This document shows, piece after piece, positions 8,127-18,543 of a DNA stretch of 64,000 nucleotides; the first letter of the stretch is position 1, and every line of letters starts with the position of its first letter. Under the pieces are notes generated by a model. That model saw only the letters and a program-made list of their open reading frames with translations. It did no database searches and was not told where the DNA came from. The stretch comes from Escherichia phage vB_EcoM_G37-3. Position numbers and translations under genes: made by a program. The DNA is taken from the sequence record MK327941.1. The stretch is one strand, 5' to 3'.

Positions 8127-9814
8127 ATGCAAGATATTAAATTCACTTTCTGAACTACTCCCATGTTCAAATTGAATGTAGCGATTCAATTTTATTAGAA
8201 ATGCGAGATTATTTTAGTTTTGAAGTCGAGGGAGCGCGGTTTCAAAAAAGATTTAAGTATGGTGGATGGGATGGGCGTATTCGTCTTTTAGATTACAACG
8301 GAAAGCTGCCAATCGGTCTAACTAAAACCGTGGGAATCTTCGCTAAAAATATGGGCTATAGCGTATGGGTAGATCCTCGCTTATTCGAAAAAGAACAAGT
8401 TACAGAAGAAGAAATTACAAAATGGTGTAATAACTTAGAATTATATTCCGGTGCTAACAGGATCACCCCTCATTGGTATCAATCAAAGGCCGTCTTTGAA
8501 GGTATTTCATCATAAACGCCGTATGTTAGTTTTGCCTACGTCCGCTGGTAAATCTGCGATTGCTTGTATGTTGTCTCGTTGGTACTTAGAGAATTACGAA
8601 GGGAAAGTGTTGATCATCGTTCCTACCACGTCGCTAGTGCTGCAAATGCGTGATGACTTTGTTGATTATCGCCAGTTTCCTTATGAAGCAATTCATACTA
8701 TCATGAGCGGTACTAGTAAACACGTAGGTGATCGCCTGATCGTTGTTAGTACGTGGCAATCTGCATGTAAACAACCTAGTGAGTGGTTCCAACAATTCGG
8801 GATGGTTATTGTTGACGAATGTCACAAGGCCACTGCTAAAACCTGCTAAACATCGTTACTGATATGGATCATTGTCAATTTAAGATCGGCATGACTGGTT
8901 CCCCTCGTGACGGGAAAGCTAACATGATGCAGTATGTCGGGCTTTTCGGTGATATTTCTAAGATCGTGAGTATTGACCGCCTGATGGAAGAAGGGCAGGT
9001 GACAAAACTGAAAATTAACTGTCTTTTCCTTCGTTATACCGATGAGGAATAGCGCGGTTAAGGGGCGAGAATATGCGGAAGAGATCAAGTACATTACATC
9101 TAACCCACGACGAAATAAGTTTGCTTGTAATTTGGCGCTAAAACTCGCTAAGAAGGGCGAAAACGTATTCCTGATGTTCCGCAACACTAAGCACTGAAAA
9201 TTAACTGTCTTTTCCTTCGTTATACCGATGAGGAATGTAGCGCGGTTAAGGGGCGAGAATATGCGGAAGAGATCAAGTACATTACATCTAACCCACGACG
9301 AAATAAGTTTGCTTGTAATTTGGCGCTAAAACTCGCTAAGAAGGGCGAAAACGTATTCCTGATGTTCCGCAACACTAAGCACGGAAAACTTATGTATGAT
9401 GCGTTACAGAAGGTACACGACAAGGTTTATTATATTGACGGTGGAGTTAAGACAGAAGAACGTGATGAATTTAAGAAATTAGCGGAAGGGGAAACCGGGA
9501 TCATTTGCGTTGCATCCTATGGTGTGTTCTCTACTGGTGTTTCCATCAAGAATTTGCATCATGTTATTTTCGGTCATCCAGTGAAGGAATCAACTATCGT
9601 TCGTCAGAGTATCGGTCGTGCATTGCGTAAACATGGTTCTAAGGATATTGCAACGGTCTGGGATCTTATAGATCATCTGGCGGTGAAGACAAAGAGCAAT
9701 AATGCTAAGAAACAGTTTAGCCACCTTAATTATGCTCTTAAACATGCGCTTGAAAGAATAAAAATTTACAACACCGATCGATTCGAATATGTCACGAAAA
9801 CAATCGAGATTTAA
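8127..9814 (+). pseudogene. uvsW: uvsW (DNA/RNA helicase), disrupted by frameshifts and a tandem duplication
   Basis: Fragments in alternating frames match T4 UvsW (FSFE..G.RF, GWDGRIRLLDY, LPTSAGKS, DECH, GSPRDGKANMMQYVG, VFSTGVSIKNLHHV, TVWDLID); frame changes near 8140, 8505 and 8840, plus duplication at 9009-9382. Confidence 0.8.
9009..9382 (+). repeat. Tandem direct duplication inside uvsW (186 bp + 188 bp)
   Basis: Copies 9009-9194 and 9195-9382 identical except for a 2-nt GT indel; copy 1 reads GAG GAA TAG (stop), copy 2 reads through; junction at GAAAA microhomology. Confidence 0.9.
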
Positions 9815-9819
9815 TAAAT

Positions 9820-9844
9820 AGGGGCTTTAATGCCCCTTTATTCT
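9820..9844 (+). terminator. Rho-independent terminator after uvsW
   Basis: AGGGGC-tttaat-GCCCCT followed by TTATTCT. Confidence 0.55.
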
Positions 9845-9857
9845 ACGGAGATTAAAA

Positions 9858-10094
9858 ATGATTAGCTTTAAACGTTTTTTGGTTGAGGCCGCTATTGACG
9901 GTTTCATGCGTAAGATTTATTCTTGTAATACTATCGAGGGATTAAATGAACTTGAGGCATATTATGAGAAGCGCAAGAAAGAAACAGAATTGAAACCTGC
10001 TGATGATATTTCGATCCGTGATGCCATCGCTGGACGCCGTAAGCAATTGGAAGCGGACAACGAGCCAGAAGAGGAGCCGGAAGAGGATTTTTAA
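9858..10094 (+). CDS. uvsW.1: UvsW.1-like small acidic protein
   Basis: 78 aa directly downstream of uvsW; GGAG RBS; position as in T4. Confidence 0.5.
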   Translation: MISFKRFLVEAAIDGFMRKIYSCNTIEGLNELEAYYEKRKKETELKPADDISIRDAIAGRRKQLEADNEPEEEPEEDF

Positions 10095-10099
10095 GATAT

Positions 10100-10124
10100 A
10101 AAAAAGCCCCATCAATGATGGGGC
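10100..10124 (-). terminator. Rho-independent terminator for the minus-strand uvsY-25-26 unit
   Basis: GCCCCATCATTGATGGGGC hairpin followed by T6 on minus strand. Confidence 0.6.
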
Positions 10125-10157
10125 AAAATAAACCAATTAAAATCGGTTATCAACAAA

Positions 10158-10330
10158 TTACATTAACAGCATTGTTTGCTCTACGAGTTGTTCTTGTTCT
10201 TCGCCGTTCGCATCTTCACTAATCGAACGTTCTGTTACTAGCTGTAAGCAGTAGCCAGTGTGAACAACGCCGTTTTCTGTCTGGACGGATAACGCATCCT
10301 CGACAGGTTGTTTACAACAAATACAGATTT
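10158..10330 (-). CDS. Small Cys-containing hypothetical protein (57 aa)
   Basis: ATG preceded by GCAGGAGGAA RBS; MKICICCKQPVEDALSVQ...; position of T4 uvsY.-1. Confidence 0.45.
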
Positions 10331-10355
10331 TCATAAAAATTCCTCCTGCATGTAT

Positions 10356-10763
10356 TTAGCGACCAGATTCCAGCATACGCAATTCTATAGCATTCTTGAT
10401 CGCAAAGCCACGAGATTTAACGATATCAAGTGCGCGACCAGCGAAATCCATTACCATCTGGTAATATGCAATTTTCGTATCAAGCGGTAAGATCTCGTCG
10501 TCTGCTGCCATGACAACTTTCAATTCTGATTTCTCATATTCAGCACGACACCAGTCATCACTACGGTTAGTGTAAAAGTCAAGACGATTTTTCATAGCCT
10601 TTTTCTTTTTAGCCTCAAGAGCAATCGTCTCTCTTTTCGCCTCGCTGTAAATCCTTAACCACTTTGAGTATACTACCGGATTATTCAGCGCCTCCCATTG
10701 CAACTTAGTCGCATCGATCTTCATGTCAGATTCTAATTGTTCTTTCAAATCGTTTAGGTCCAT
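10356..10763 (-). CDS. uvsY: UvsY recombination mediator
   Basis: 135 aa; matches T4 UvsY (KLQWEA.NN...YSKWL, KSRGFAIK). Confidence 0.9.
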   Translation of the reverse strand: MDLNDLKEQLESDMKIDATKLQWEALNNPVVYSKWLRIYSEAKRETIALEAKKKKAMKNRLDFYTNRSDDWCRAEYEKSELKVVMAADDEILPLDTKIAYYQMVMDFAGRALDIVKSRGFAIKNAIELRMLESGR

Positions 10764-10810
10764 AATATCCCCTTATTCACACTAAGACCTATATCATATC
10801 ACACACAAAA

Positions 10811-11197
10811 TCACTTTGCAAGTCTTATGCGTAGTTGTTCAAGATCATCTGGGTTATCTATTACTGAAAAGTAGATTGATACTATGATTGAGTTATCGTC
10901 GTACTGCGGAGTTACTTCTACTGTCAGGTTTCGGACCCGTGGTTCATAGTTTCGGATCGCCTCATTGATGTTTTTTGATAAGGTATCCACCGTCAGTGGG
11001 TTCATGTTCTCAAACAGTGATTTATTGAGATCGCATCCAAACAGTGGATCAAATGGACGAGATCCCTTGCGAGTAGTCACGATCAGTAGAATAGAATCTT
11101 TAACCGCTTTAATCCCTATGTTCTTTTTAACGTCGTTATTCCACGATCTGGATATATTGAGATCCAAATCAGTATACATCTGATTAATAGTTGCCAT
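10811..11197 (-). CDS. 25: Baseplate wedge protein gp25
   Basis: Matches T4 gp25 (TTRKGSRPFDP.FGCDL, FENM.PLT.DT, RNYEPR, FSVIDNPDD); start at ATG 11197 (MATINQMY). Confidence 0.9.
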   Translation of the reverse strand: MATINQMYTDLDLNISRSWNNDVKKNIGIKAVKDSILLIVTTRKGSRPFDPLFGCDLNKSLFENMNPLTVDTLSKNINEAIRNYEPRVRNLTVEVTPQYDDNSIIVSIYFSVIDNPDDLEQLRIRLAK

Positions 11198-11205
11198 GTT
11201 ATACC

Positions 11206-11835
11206 TCAAAGAATTTTAAGGAAACTGGATAGACCTGATAATGAATATACACCAGATTCCCCGCATTCGCACTTGATCGGTACTGCCAGCGTGATTTGAT
11301 TTCTTGTTAGCTCGTCGATCACTTCTTCCACTTTATCCGTGGTAAGCATATCCAGCACGCGGTCAAAGTCCTGTGCGTTCAGGTCGTCTATATTGAATTG
11401 CTGATCGCCGATCACGATATATTCGATACATGCAATTACCATCTGCATAATATCAACATCTTCTGTAAACTTAGGTTGACGAAATTTGATTTTTACTTGC
11501 CCTAAGTCCAGAATATACGGTTCAACTTCTGGTATCTGTGTGCGTGAAACATCAAGAGAGTATACTTTCTCTTTATTGCATACACCACACACCCAAGTAG
11601 CATCAATTTTCATCTTATTGAGGCTGTGACACCATAAGAGAAGAAAAATATATTCTGCTTCGCATTTCTCTAGCTCTAATGCATTGATCCCCGTACATTC
11701 ATGTATGATCTCTATAACAACCTCTGACAGCTTGCCAGTCTCTTTTGCTGCTACCAGTTTTTGAAATTCGCCGAAGGTGAAAGCACGGGCGTGTATCAAC
11801 TTTTCGCCTAATTGGATCTTGAAAAAGTATTGCAT
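11206..11835 (-). CDS. 26: Baseplate hub subunit gp26
   Basis: 209 aa; synteny (25-26 divergent from 51) and size match T4 gp26. Confidence 0.7.
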   Translation of the reverse strand: MQYFFKIQLGEKLIHARAFTFGEFQKLVAAKETGKLSEVVIEIIHECTGINALELEKCEAEYIFLLLWCHSLNKMKIDATWVCGVCNKEKVYSLDVSRTQIPEVEPYILDLGQVKIKFRQPKFTEDVDIMQMVIACIEYIVIGDQQFNIDDLNAQDFDRVLDMLTTDKVEEVIDELTRNQITLAVPIKCECGESGVYSLSGLSSFLKIL

Positions 11836-11877
11836 AATAAAACACCCTTTATAAACACATAGAATTATTTAGTATTT

Positions 11878-11885
11878 TATAAATA
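11878..11885 (+). promoter_or_regulatory. Late promoter TATAAATA for gene 51
   Basis: Exact TATAAATA about 20 nt upstream of RBS/ATG 11906. Confidence 0.6.
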
Positions 11886-11905
11886 CCCGAAAGGGGGATT
11901 ATACC

Positions 11906-12676
11906 ATGAATATTATCCGAATAAAACTACCGGAAGGTGTGCAGAGATTTAAACCATTCACGGTAAAAGATTATAGAGATTTCCTTCTGGTGTCAACTGA
12001 AATTAAGATGAATCCAGAAGAAGAACAAACGATTCTTGATGAGCTATTAGAAGAAATATATCCAGACGTAGATCCGGCATTTCGTGAATATATTTTCCTG
12101 AATGTCTTTACTAGTTCAATTGGTAAAACTAAGATACCGCTTTGTTTTACTTGCCCGACTTGCAACAAAGAAAGAAGAATGTTGCTTAACTTACAGGTTG
12201 AAGCACTAAAACCAATCGTTCTAGAGGCCGCAGGGCTTAAAATAACTTTCCGGTATGTTAAACCATCAACCGACTATGCAAAAACGTTTCTGGATGCGAT
12301 AGAGCGTGTATCTGATGGTATTAATGACTATCTATGGACTGAATTGCCGGAAGAAGTTAGAGAACAGGTTATCGATTCAATCTCATTTTCTGAATTTGAA
12401 GAAGTTGTTAAGCAGATGCACACAATCAAGATCGAACAAAAGATATCTTGTTGTGAGAGTCATGACCTGAAATACATAGGTCTTCTTCCATTATTCAAAT
12501 TGTTGTTGAATCCAGATGAGTTATTCATCTTTTATCGAATAAACCATCTATTGGCAAAATCAAATTATTCTATCAGTGATCTTATGGACATGTTACCCGT
12601 CGAGAGAAACATTGCACTGACACTGGTCGAGAAAGACGTAAAAGAGGCAAACAATGCAAAGAACGGGGTTTCCTAA
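11906..12676 (+). CDS. 51: Baseplate hub assembly catalyst gp51
   Basis: 256 aa; synteny and size. Confidence 0.7.
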   Translation: MNIIRIKLPEGVQRFKPFTVKDYRDFLLVSTEIKMNPEEEQTILDELLEEIYPDVDPAFREYIFLNVFTSSIGKTKIPLCFTCPTCNKERRMLLNLQVEALKPIVLEAAGLKITFRYVKPSTDYAKTFLDAIERVSDGINDYLWTELPEEVREQVIDSISFSEFEEVVKQMHTIKIEQKISCCESHDLKYIGLLPLFKLLLNPDELFIFYRINHLLAKSNYSISDLMDMLPVERNIALTLVEKDVKEANNAKNGVS

Positions 12677-13763
12677 TGTCTCAATAAAACTTTATCAGGA
12701 TTATGAGGCATTTCTAAATCATCGCTTTATAGAATTGGGTGCTACCTTTGTTACAATGACTCTGCGTGATTCGATTCGTGGGGTGAACGAAGGATTGTTG
12801 CAATTCTATGATAATAAGGCGATGCATACAAAATTAAACGGGAGAGAGATCATTCAGATTTCGCTATCCACTGCTAATACAGATGAAGTGTTTAACCGAA
12901 TCTATGGGATCTCTCATAGTAATGTAACAATTGACCAAAAATCCGACAACATTTTAACATTCCAGTTAAAGAGCTATCACGAATCATTAAACCTTAAATT
13001 TTCTCGCTCATTGACAAATAACGCGGTTAATAACGTAACTAGCATGATTGATGCCATCTATAAGGAAGTTCCTTTATGGAAACCTACTATAAAGGGTGAT
13101 AACGTTGTTATTCCTCGTTGTCCGTGGGTTAGTACCATAAATGACTATATGGATTTTGTGAGGGCATACGGGCAAAGCGTAGAAACCGAGTCTTTCGTGT
13201 ATTGCTGGGAAGATTTTGATGGTATAACGATCGCTGGACACGATACAATATTAAAAAATGAGCCAATACCAGCTATAATCTGTGAGCCTAGACTCATGGG
13301 GCAGTTTATTGATATGTCGCCTAATCTGATGGTTTTTAATTTCGAGTGGCAGACTAAGAGCAATGCTAAAGTTAAAAATTCATTTAGCAATGTGACATAC
13401 ACAACTATTGATTTTGTTACTAAGCAGTATAATAAAATTATTGTTGGTAATGGGGATAACATTGCACACTTTGCTCATGGTGGCGCTTATGGCGATTTAA
13501 CTTATAAGAATGCGTTTTTGGAAGGTTCTAAACTTGCCACAATAGAACAATATGATTCATATGCTACCGCCGTGTGTCACGGTAATTTTTCGTTGCGCCC
13601 CGGTATGGTTATTCGATTCTTTGATGAGAAGCAACAAGCACGCAATGATTTTATTGTTGACGAAGTTGTGCATGAAATTAGCCGAGAGCAATCATTAACT
13701 CACCTGTATATGATCGGTAACAGCGAAGAATTACAGGAAGTCAAATTTGAAGGTAAGATATAA
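12654..13763 (+). CDS. 27: Baseplate hub subunit gp27
   Basis: 369 aa; synteny and size. Confidence 0.75.
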   Translation: MQRTGFPNVSIKLYQDYEAFLNHRFIELGATFVTMTLRDSIRGVNEGLLQFYDNKAMHTKLNGREIIQISLSTANTDEVFNRIYGISHSNVTIDQKSDNILTFQLKSYHESLNLKFSRSLTNNAVNNVTSMIDAIYKEVPLWKPTIKGDNVVIPRCPWVSTINDYMDFVRAYGQSVETESFVYCWEDFDGITIAGHDTILKNEPIPAIICEPRLMGQFIDMSPNLMVFNFEWQTKSNAKVKNSFSNVTYTTIDFVTKQYNKIIVGNGDNIAHFAHGGAYGDLTYKNAFLEGSKLATIEQYDSYATAVCHGNFSLRPGMVIRFFDEKQQARNDFIVDEVVHEISREQSLTHLYMIGNSEELQEVKFEGKI

Positions 13764-14281
13764 TGACAGAAACTAAACCTATGTTAAAATTTGTTGTTCC
13801 TGTAAAAAAATTAGAGATAAACGGGAAACATATCAAGATCCCAAAAATGGGGATTAAGCAACATCGATTATTAAAAGATGTTCGTAGCTGTGATGAAACA
13901 TTAAAGATTCTTCTTGATTCAATCTGTCCTGGGTTAAACGCTGCCGAGTCTGAATTGGTTATGCTTAACCTTTGTGCGTTTAATGGTAAGTGTCTGGAAG
14001 AAAAAGATGGTCTTAAGCTGTCTGATGTGTATATTTGTACAGAGACTGAATTTACTTTAAATGGTAAAGTCTTTAAATTTAAAAATCCAATGTATACTTC
14101 TGACCCCATTATCGATGACGCTGATTTCTTGAGTCATCATTATCACGATCCTAGTGTAGACTTCCATGATTTCCCAGCTTTTATTATGGATTGGGCTACA
14201 GGATTAAGAAAAACTATTGCACTGGATACACCGGAAGGTACTATCTATGGTGGAATTAACATATTGGATCGCCTATCATGA
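13763..14281 (+). CDS. 28: Baseplate hub distal subunit gp28
   Basis: 172 aa; synteny; ATGA stop/start overlap at 14278-14281. Confidence 0.7.
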   Translation: MTETKPMLKFVVPVKKLEINGKHIKIPKMGIKQHRLLKDVRSCDETLKILLDSICPGLNAAESELVMLNLCAFNGKCLEEKDGLKLSDVYICTETEFTLNGKVFKFKNPMYTSDPIIDDADFLSHHYHDPSVDFHDFPAFIMDWATGLRKTIALDTPEGTIYGGINILDRLS

Positions 14282-14305
14282 ATGACGCATTAACATCATT
14301 TCGGG

Positions 14306-16009
14306 ATGCGCAAGGAAGCGGAAGAAAACCCGATTGATAAACTTAACAAATTAGATAAACTTGATTCTATTGATAATTTGCAAGCCGCTACCGAATTGGT
14401 GGCGGAGACAGTGGAACAAAAATCTAATGAAGTTGTTGGTGCGGTAGAGGATAACACCGCAGCCAATGAATTGACGGCAGAAAATACACAATCTACCGCT
14501 GGCAATACCCAAAAAACTTATGAAGAATTGCAAAAACTCAATAATTTCTCTTCTCAGATGAATGAGAAATTACGTGGTTTTGGTGTTATGATGGAACGTA
14601 GATTTGGTGTTGTCAGTAAAATGGCTAGCGGTATTGGTGCGATTGAAGAAGCATTGAAAAAACCGGAACAACCGCAAACAATGCCATCACCTCAGCCAGT
14701 TTTGCCTACTGTGCCGGAACAGCCTAATAATGACAACTATCAAGGTCTTCCAAAGAAAAAACCAGATGTTGAGGAACGGAAGAAAAAGAACGCCACAGAT
14801 AAGCGTAATGCAGATTCTATGGAAAATCTTCTTAAAGTTGTTCGTGGAGGATTTAAAGAAACCATAGGTATCTCTAATAAGGTCTTAGGGATGTTATTTA
14901 AGATCACTTTGACCGCTATGGCAGAAGCCGCAAAATGGGGTGCTATTTTGATGGGTATTGTTTTTGTCATTGATACCCTGATGGTTCATTTCAGATATTG
15001 GAGCGATTTATTCGAGACAAAGTTCAGTGAATTTATGGATAAGGCCGGAGAATGGGCTGGTCCTATTAGCGATATTTTAACTACTGTTCGTCAGGTTCGA
15101 GATTATTGGTCTAAAGGCGAATATGGGGAGTTAATTAAATCTCTTGTTATGGGTATTGGTGATGCATTCTATAAAACCTTTATCCAACTTGATCGAATTA
15201 TCACTACTGGTATTGCTAAAATTCTTCGCATGATCCCTGGTATGGGTGATTATGCCGATAAGTTAGAATATGGTGCTTTAAAATCTGCTGTCGCTCAAGG
15301 CTATACGCCAAATGAAAGAGAACTCGAATTAATGGATAAGATCGAGTCTGAACACGAAGAAGACAAATATGGAGAGCGCACAGGATGGACAGGAAAAGCC
15401 CGTGATATTGGCGAAGCTATTGGGGATTCTATTAAGGATAAAGTTAACGAAGGTCTTGTTAGTCTGGGCTGGAGAGATCAAAAGGATGTTGACGCAGAGA
15501 AACGACAAGAAGAATTAAAACGCGGGGAATATAAGTCTGTTTCTGCTGAACAACGATCTGCTAGTCGTAAACTTAGAATTAAAAGCGAGGGCGCGATCAA
15601 TAATATTAATGAAGTTATGGAGAATTTGAGCGGTGACTATGACAAAGAAAGAATGGGAGAGTTGAAAAAGGATATTGATGTTTACCGTGAGCAAGTTCAA
15701 GATCCTACATTAGTTGAAAGTGATCGTTCTCAGTTAGAGCGTCTTATTGAAAAATTTGATGAGATGTATGCTGATAAAACTAAGGGTGTGGTTCCAACTA
15801 ATCCTGTTCCTGCAACTGAAACGGAAACAGCAAAACAAGCGGAACGTACTGAACAAATGCAGAAACAAGCTGCAATCCAGCAACAAACGACAAATCAGAC
15901 CTCAAACGTAAATAATACACAAATTGTAACAAACAATAGAACTATTAAACAGGGTGCACCAACAACTAGAATTGATGCTCCCGGTACAATTAATATGGGG
16001 AACTTTTAA
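14306..16009 (+). CDS. 29: Baseplate hub / tail length determinator gp29
   Basis: 567 aa; synteny; start uncertain (coupled ATG at 14278 is in another frame). Confidence 0.75.
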   Translation: MRKEAEENPIDKLNKLDKLDSIDNLQAATELVAETVEQKSNEVVGAVEDNTAANELTAENTQSTAGNTQKTYEELQKLNNFSSQMNEKLRGFGVMMERRFGVVSKMASGIGAIEEALKKPEQPQTMPSPQPVLPTVPEQPNNDNYQGLPKKKPDVEERKKKNATDKRNADSMENLLKVVRGGFKETIGISNKVLGMLFKITLTAMAEAAKWGAILMGIVFVIDTLMVHFRYWSDLFETKFSEFMDKAGEWAGPISDILTTVRQVRDYWSKGEYGELIKSLVMGIGDAFYKTFIQLDRIITTGIAKILRMIPGMGDYADKLEYGALKSAVAQGYTPNERELELMDKIESEHEEDKYGERTGWTGKARDIGEAIGDSIKDKVNEGLVSLGWRDQKDVDAEKRQEELKRGEYKSVSAEQRSASRKLRIKSEGAINNINEVMENLSGDYDKERMGELKKDIDVYREQVQDPTLVESDRSQLERLIEKFDEMYADKTKGVVPTNPVPATETETAKQAERTEQMQKQAAIQQQTTNQTSNVNNTQIVTNNRTIKQGAPTTRIDAPGTINMGNF

Positions 16010-17067
16010 TGAAAATTAGTGTTATCAATGATGCCGTTGATAGCTTTAAAGCGGGGGTTAAAACCTCCGCTGGTTTTACCTCAAAAAATAAAGGGAAAAC
16101 ATTAACCGCTCAATTCCCCGCTGAACGTGCTAGCGGTAATGATGCTAGCGGTTATTATATCAACGACTTATATAATAATGGTCTGTTATTCACTGCATAC
16201 GATTATACATCTCGTACTACTGGTTCGTTGCGTGATTTCAGGAAAAAGAAAAATGTTGCTAGCGGTTTTGGCGGTAGCGTTAATATCGCTGGTTTTGATT
16301 TAAATTTGGGTGGGAGAAATGCTGCATTTGACCGAGAGGCAATTGCTAATATTCTTCTTCCTCGTAGTCAATCTGACGTTGACGCTGCTAGCCATAAGTT
16401 TAATGATGTTGGTGAATCTGTTATTTCTCGCGGTGGTGGTACTTTAGGCGGTGCTCTTTCTAATATGGCATCTACTGCCGTTTTTGGCGGTATCGAAAGT
16501 ATTACTGGTGGATACCTTGCCGATCACGGTGAGCAGATTTATAATACTGCGCGAAGTATGTATGCTGGTGCTGACGCACGAACTAAAAACTACGTATGGC
16601 ATCTAACCCCACGTAGTATTGAAGACCTTCGCAATATTCTGATCATATACGAAACGTTTTTAGAATTGTCTTATGGTTCTAGTGGTATTTCCAGCACCGC
16701 AAAAGAATTAAAAGCGGAAGTTGATGCGTGGTATAAAAATACACTATTGAGAAAATCCACCCCAGAGGAAGCGAAGAGAAATGATACTCTGTTTGAAGGG
16801 ATCACCGATTTTCTATCAAACGTAATTACTGTATCTAACCCGACAATATGGATGATCTCTAACTTCGGCAAGCGTACATCGTTTGAAGGGCGTAGCGATG
16901 CATTTGGTCCCGCTCAGATCTCAAGTGTACGTCTGGACAAGTCGCCTGATGGTAAGTTTAATGGCCTTGCTATTTCTCCTAACTTGCCGAGTACCTTTGT
17001 TCTGGAAGTATCATTTAGAGAGATCTTGACACTTTCCCGTGGTACTATATTTGGGAGTGCGGCATAA
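16009..17067 (+). CDS. 48: Baseplate tail-tube junction protein gp48
   Basis: 352 aa; synteny and size; ATGA overlap with gp29. Confidence 0.75.
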   Translation: MKISVINDAVDSFKAGVKTSAGFTSKNKGKTLTAQFPAERASGNDASGYYINDLYNNGLLFTAYDYTSRTTGSLRDFRKKKNVASGFGGSVNIAGFDLNLGGRNAAFDREAIANILLPRSQSDVDAASHKFNDVGESVISRGGGTLGGALSNMASTAVFGGIESITGGYLADHGEQIYNTARSMYAGADARTKNYVWHLTPRSIEDLRNILIIYETFLELSYGSSGISSTAKELKAEVDAWYKNTLLRKSTPEEAKRNDTLFEGITDFLSNVITVSNPTIWMISNFGKRTSFEGRSDAFGPAQISSVRLDKSPDGKFNGLAISPNLPSTFVLEVSFREILTLSRGTIFGSAA

Positions 17068-17999
17068 TGTTTGATTTAAATGATTTTAACGAACAAGCCG
17101 CTAACCTTGACTTTCAGCGATCTAACTTATTCAGCGTGGCATTTGCCACCACTCCAAGTAATAAGACACAAGCGATCCTAGAAAGTATGGGTGGTGCGGT
17201 ATATGATATTATACCAAATGCATTAAATGACTATTTCGGGATTACTCGTGGTGATTATACTGACGCATTAACAAATCTTGCTGTACAGGGTGTTAGGCGT
17301 GCTGTTGATTCATCTGGTGTCAAAAAGTATCTTTTAGGTGCAATGTCATCCCGCGTAGTTCAATCTCTTCTGGGGCAATTTGATGTTGGTACATATGCGC
17401 TTGACTGGTTCAATATGGCATATAAGACAAGCGGTCTTCTGGTGTATGCTGTTAAGGTTCCAGAAAACAGATTGAATTATGAAATGGACCGTAACCACAA
17501 TGCGCCAAACATTCGAATTACCGGACGTGATTTTGATCCGCTTGTATTGAGCTTTAGAATGGACTCTAGCGCATCAAACTATAGAGCAATGCAGGATTGG
17601 GTTAACTCAGTAGAAGACCCCGTTACAGGGCTTCGTGCGCTTCCTGTTGACGTTGAAGCAGATATTCAGGTTAACTTACATAACCGAATGGGAGTTCCTC
17701 ACACGATCATGATGTTTAATGGTTGTGTTCCTGTTGGTGTGAGTGCACCGGAATTAACCTATGAAAATAACAACGAAATTACAACATTCGATGTTACTTT
17801 TGCGTATAGGACTATGCAAACTGGTGCTGTAGGAGAGCAAGCCGCGCGAGAATGGATTGAGGATAAGGCAATAAACGCAATAACAAACACTTTCGGTAAT
17901 AATTTACTTGATAGTGGGTTATCTGCTGCTGGTAATGCTTTATCGCGTCTAAATGGCGTTGGTGGGCGTGTGGTGAATACTGTCACTAACTGGTTCTGA
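17067..17999 (+). CDS. 54: Baseplate tail-tube initiator gp54
   Basis: 310 aa; synteny and size; ATGA overlap with gp48. Confidence 0.75.
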   Translation: MFDLNDFNEQAANLDFQRSNLFSVAFATTPSNKTQAILESMGGAVYDIIPNALNDYFGITRGDYTDALTNLAVQGVRRAVDSSGVKKYLLGAMSSRVVQSLLGQFDVGTYALDWFNMAYKTSGLLVYAVKVPENRLNYEMDRNHNAPNIRITGRDFDPLVLSFRMDSSASNYRAMQDWVNSVEDPVTGLRALPVDVEADIQVNLHNRMGVPHTIMMFNGCVPVGVSAPELTYENNNEITTFDVTFAYRTMQTGAVGEQAAREWIEDKAINAITNTFGNNLLDSGLSAAGNALSRLNGVGGRVVNTVTNWF

Positions 18000-18008
18000 T
18001 AAACGAAA

Positions 18009-18033
18009 GGCGGGGATTATCCCCGCCTTTTTA
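18009..18033. terminator. Bidirectional rho-independent terminator
   Basis: GGCGGGGATTATCCCCGCC flanked by AAACGAAA and TTTTTA. Confidence 0.65.
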
Positions 18034-18543
18034 TTTGATTAAATCATCACATTGTTTGCGTAGTTTATAGCGATACTGTTTTGATTGTAGCAATTGAAGT
18101 TTTTCATAATCCCCTTCCTCATATGCAGCCGAAAGATCATCTTGATATGCTGCTTCCGTCCCGATTACACATACTCCAAATTTTCTACGACGGTCGGCAT
18201 CTTCCATTGCTTTGCGATTCATTTCTTCAATTGAATTTTCATGACCATAATAATATTCGTAAATGCGTTTCTTCTCTGCTTCTTTATCTGCCTTAATCTT
18301 TGCGATCTGTTCTGCTGATTCCGGTTGACGACCTAAACGCTGTAATGAGGCGTCTTTCTTTTCAAGGTAGTCAATCACGCAATCTTCAACGCTATTAAAT
18401 GGAAAACGTGACTCTTTCTGCCATCGTTCACATGACCGTACAAACTCGTGTGTATTCTTAGATGCAAGTGCCAGATCATGCACAGCGCACCCATTAAGCA
18501 TAGCCACTAAAGCCGCAAGACCAATCAGTTTAATCATTTTCAT
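18031..18543 (-). CDS. Putative lipoprotein
   Basis: N-terminal signal peptide with lipobox LNGC (MKMIKLIGLAALVAMLNGC). Confidence 0.55.
   Translation of the reverse strand: MKMIKLIGLAALVAMLNGCAVHDLALASKNTHEFVRSCERWQKESRFPFNSVEDCVIDYLEKKDASLQRLGRQPESAEQIAKIKADKEAEKKRIYEYYYGHENSIEEMNRKAMEDADRRRKFGVCVIGTEAAYQDDLSAAYEEGDYEKLQLLQSKQYRYKLRKQCDDLIK

Noticed and set aside
5780-9814. Programmed ribosomal frameshifting to explain hoc and uvsW frame changes
   Set aside because: Multiple shifts in both directions, no slippery heptamer or downstream structure noticed at the break points, and an in-frame stop in the duplicated segment; pseudogenisation or sequence error is simpler.
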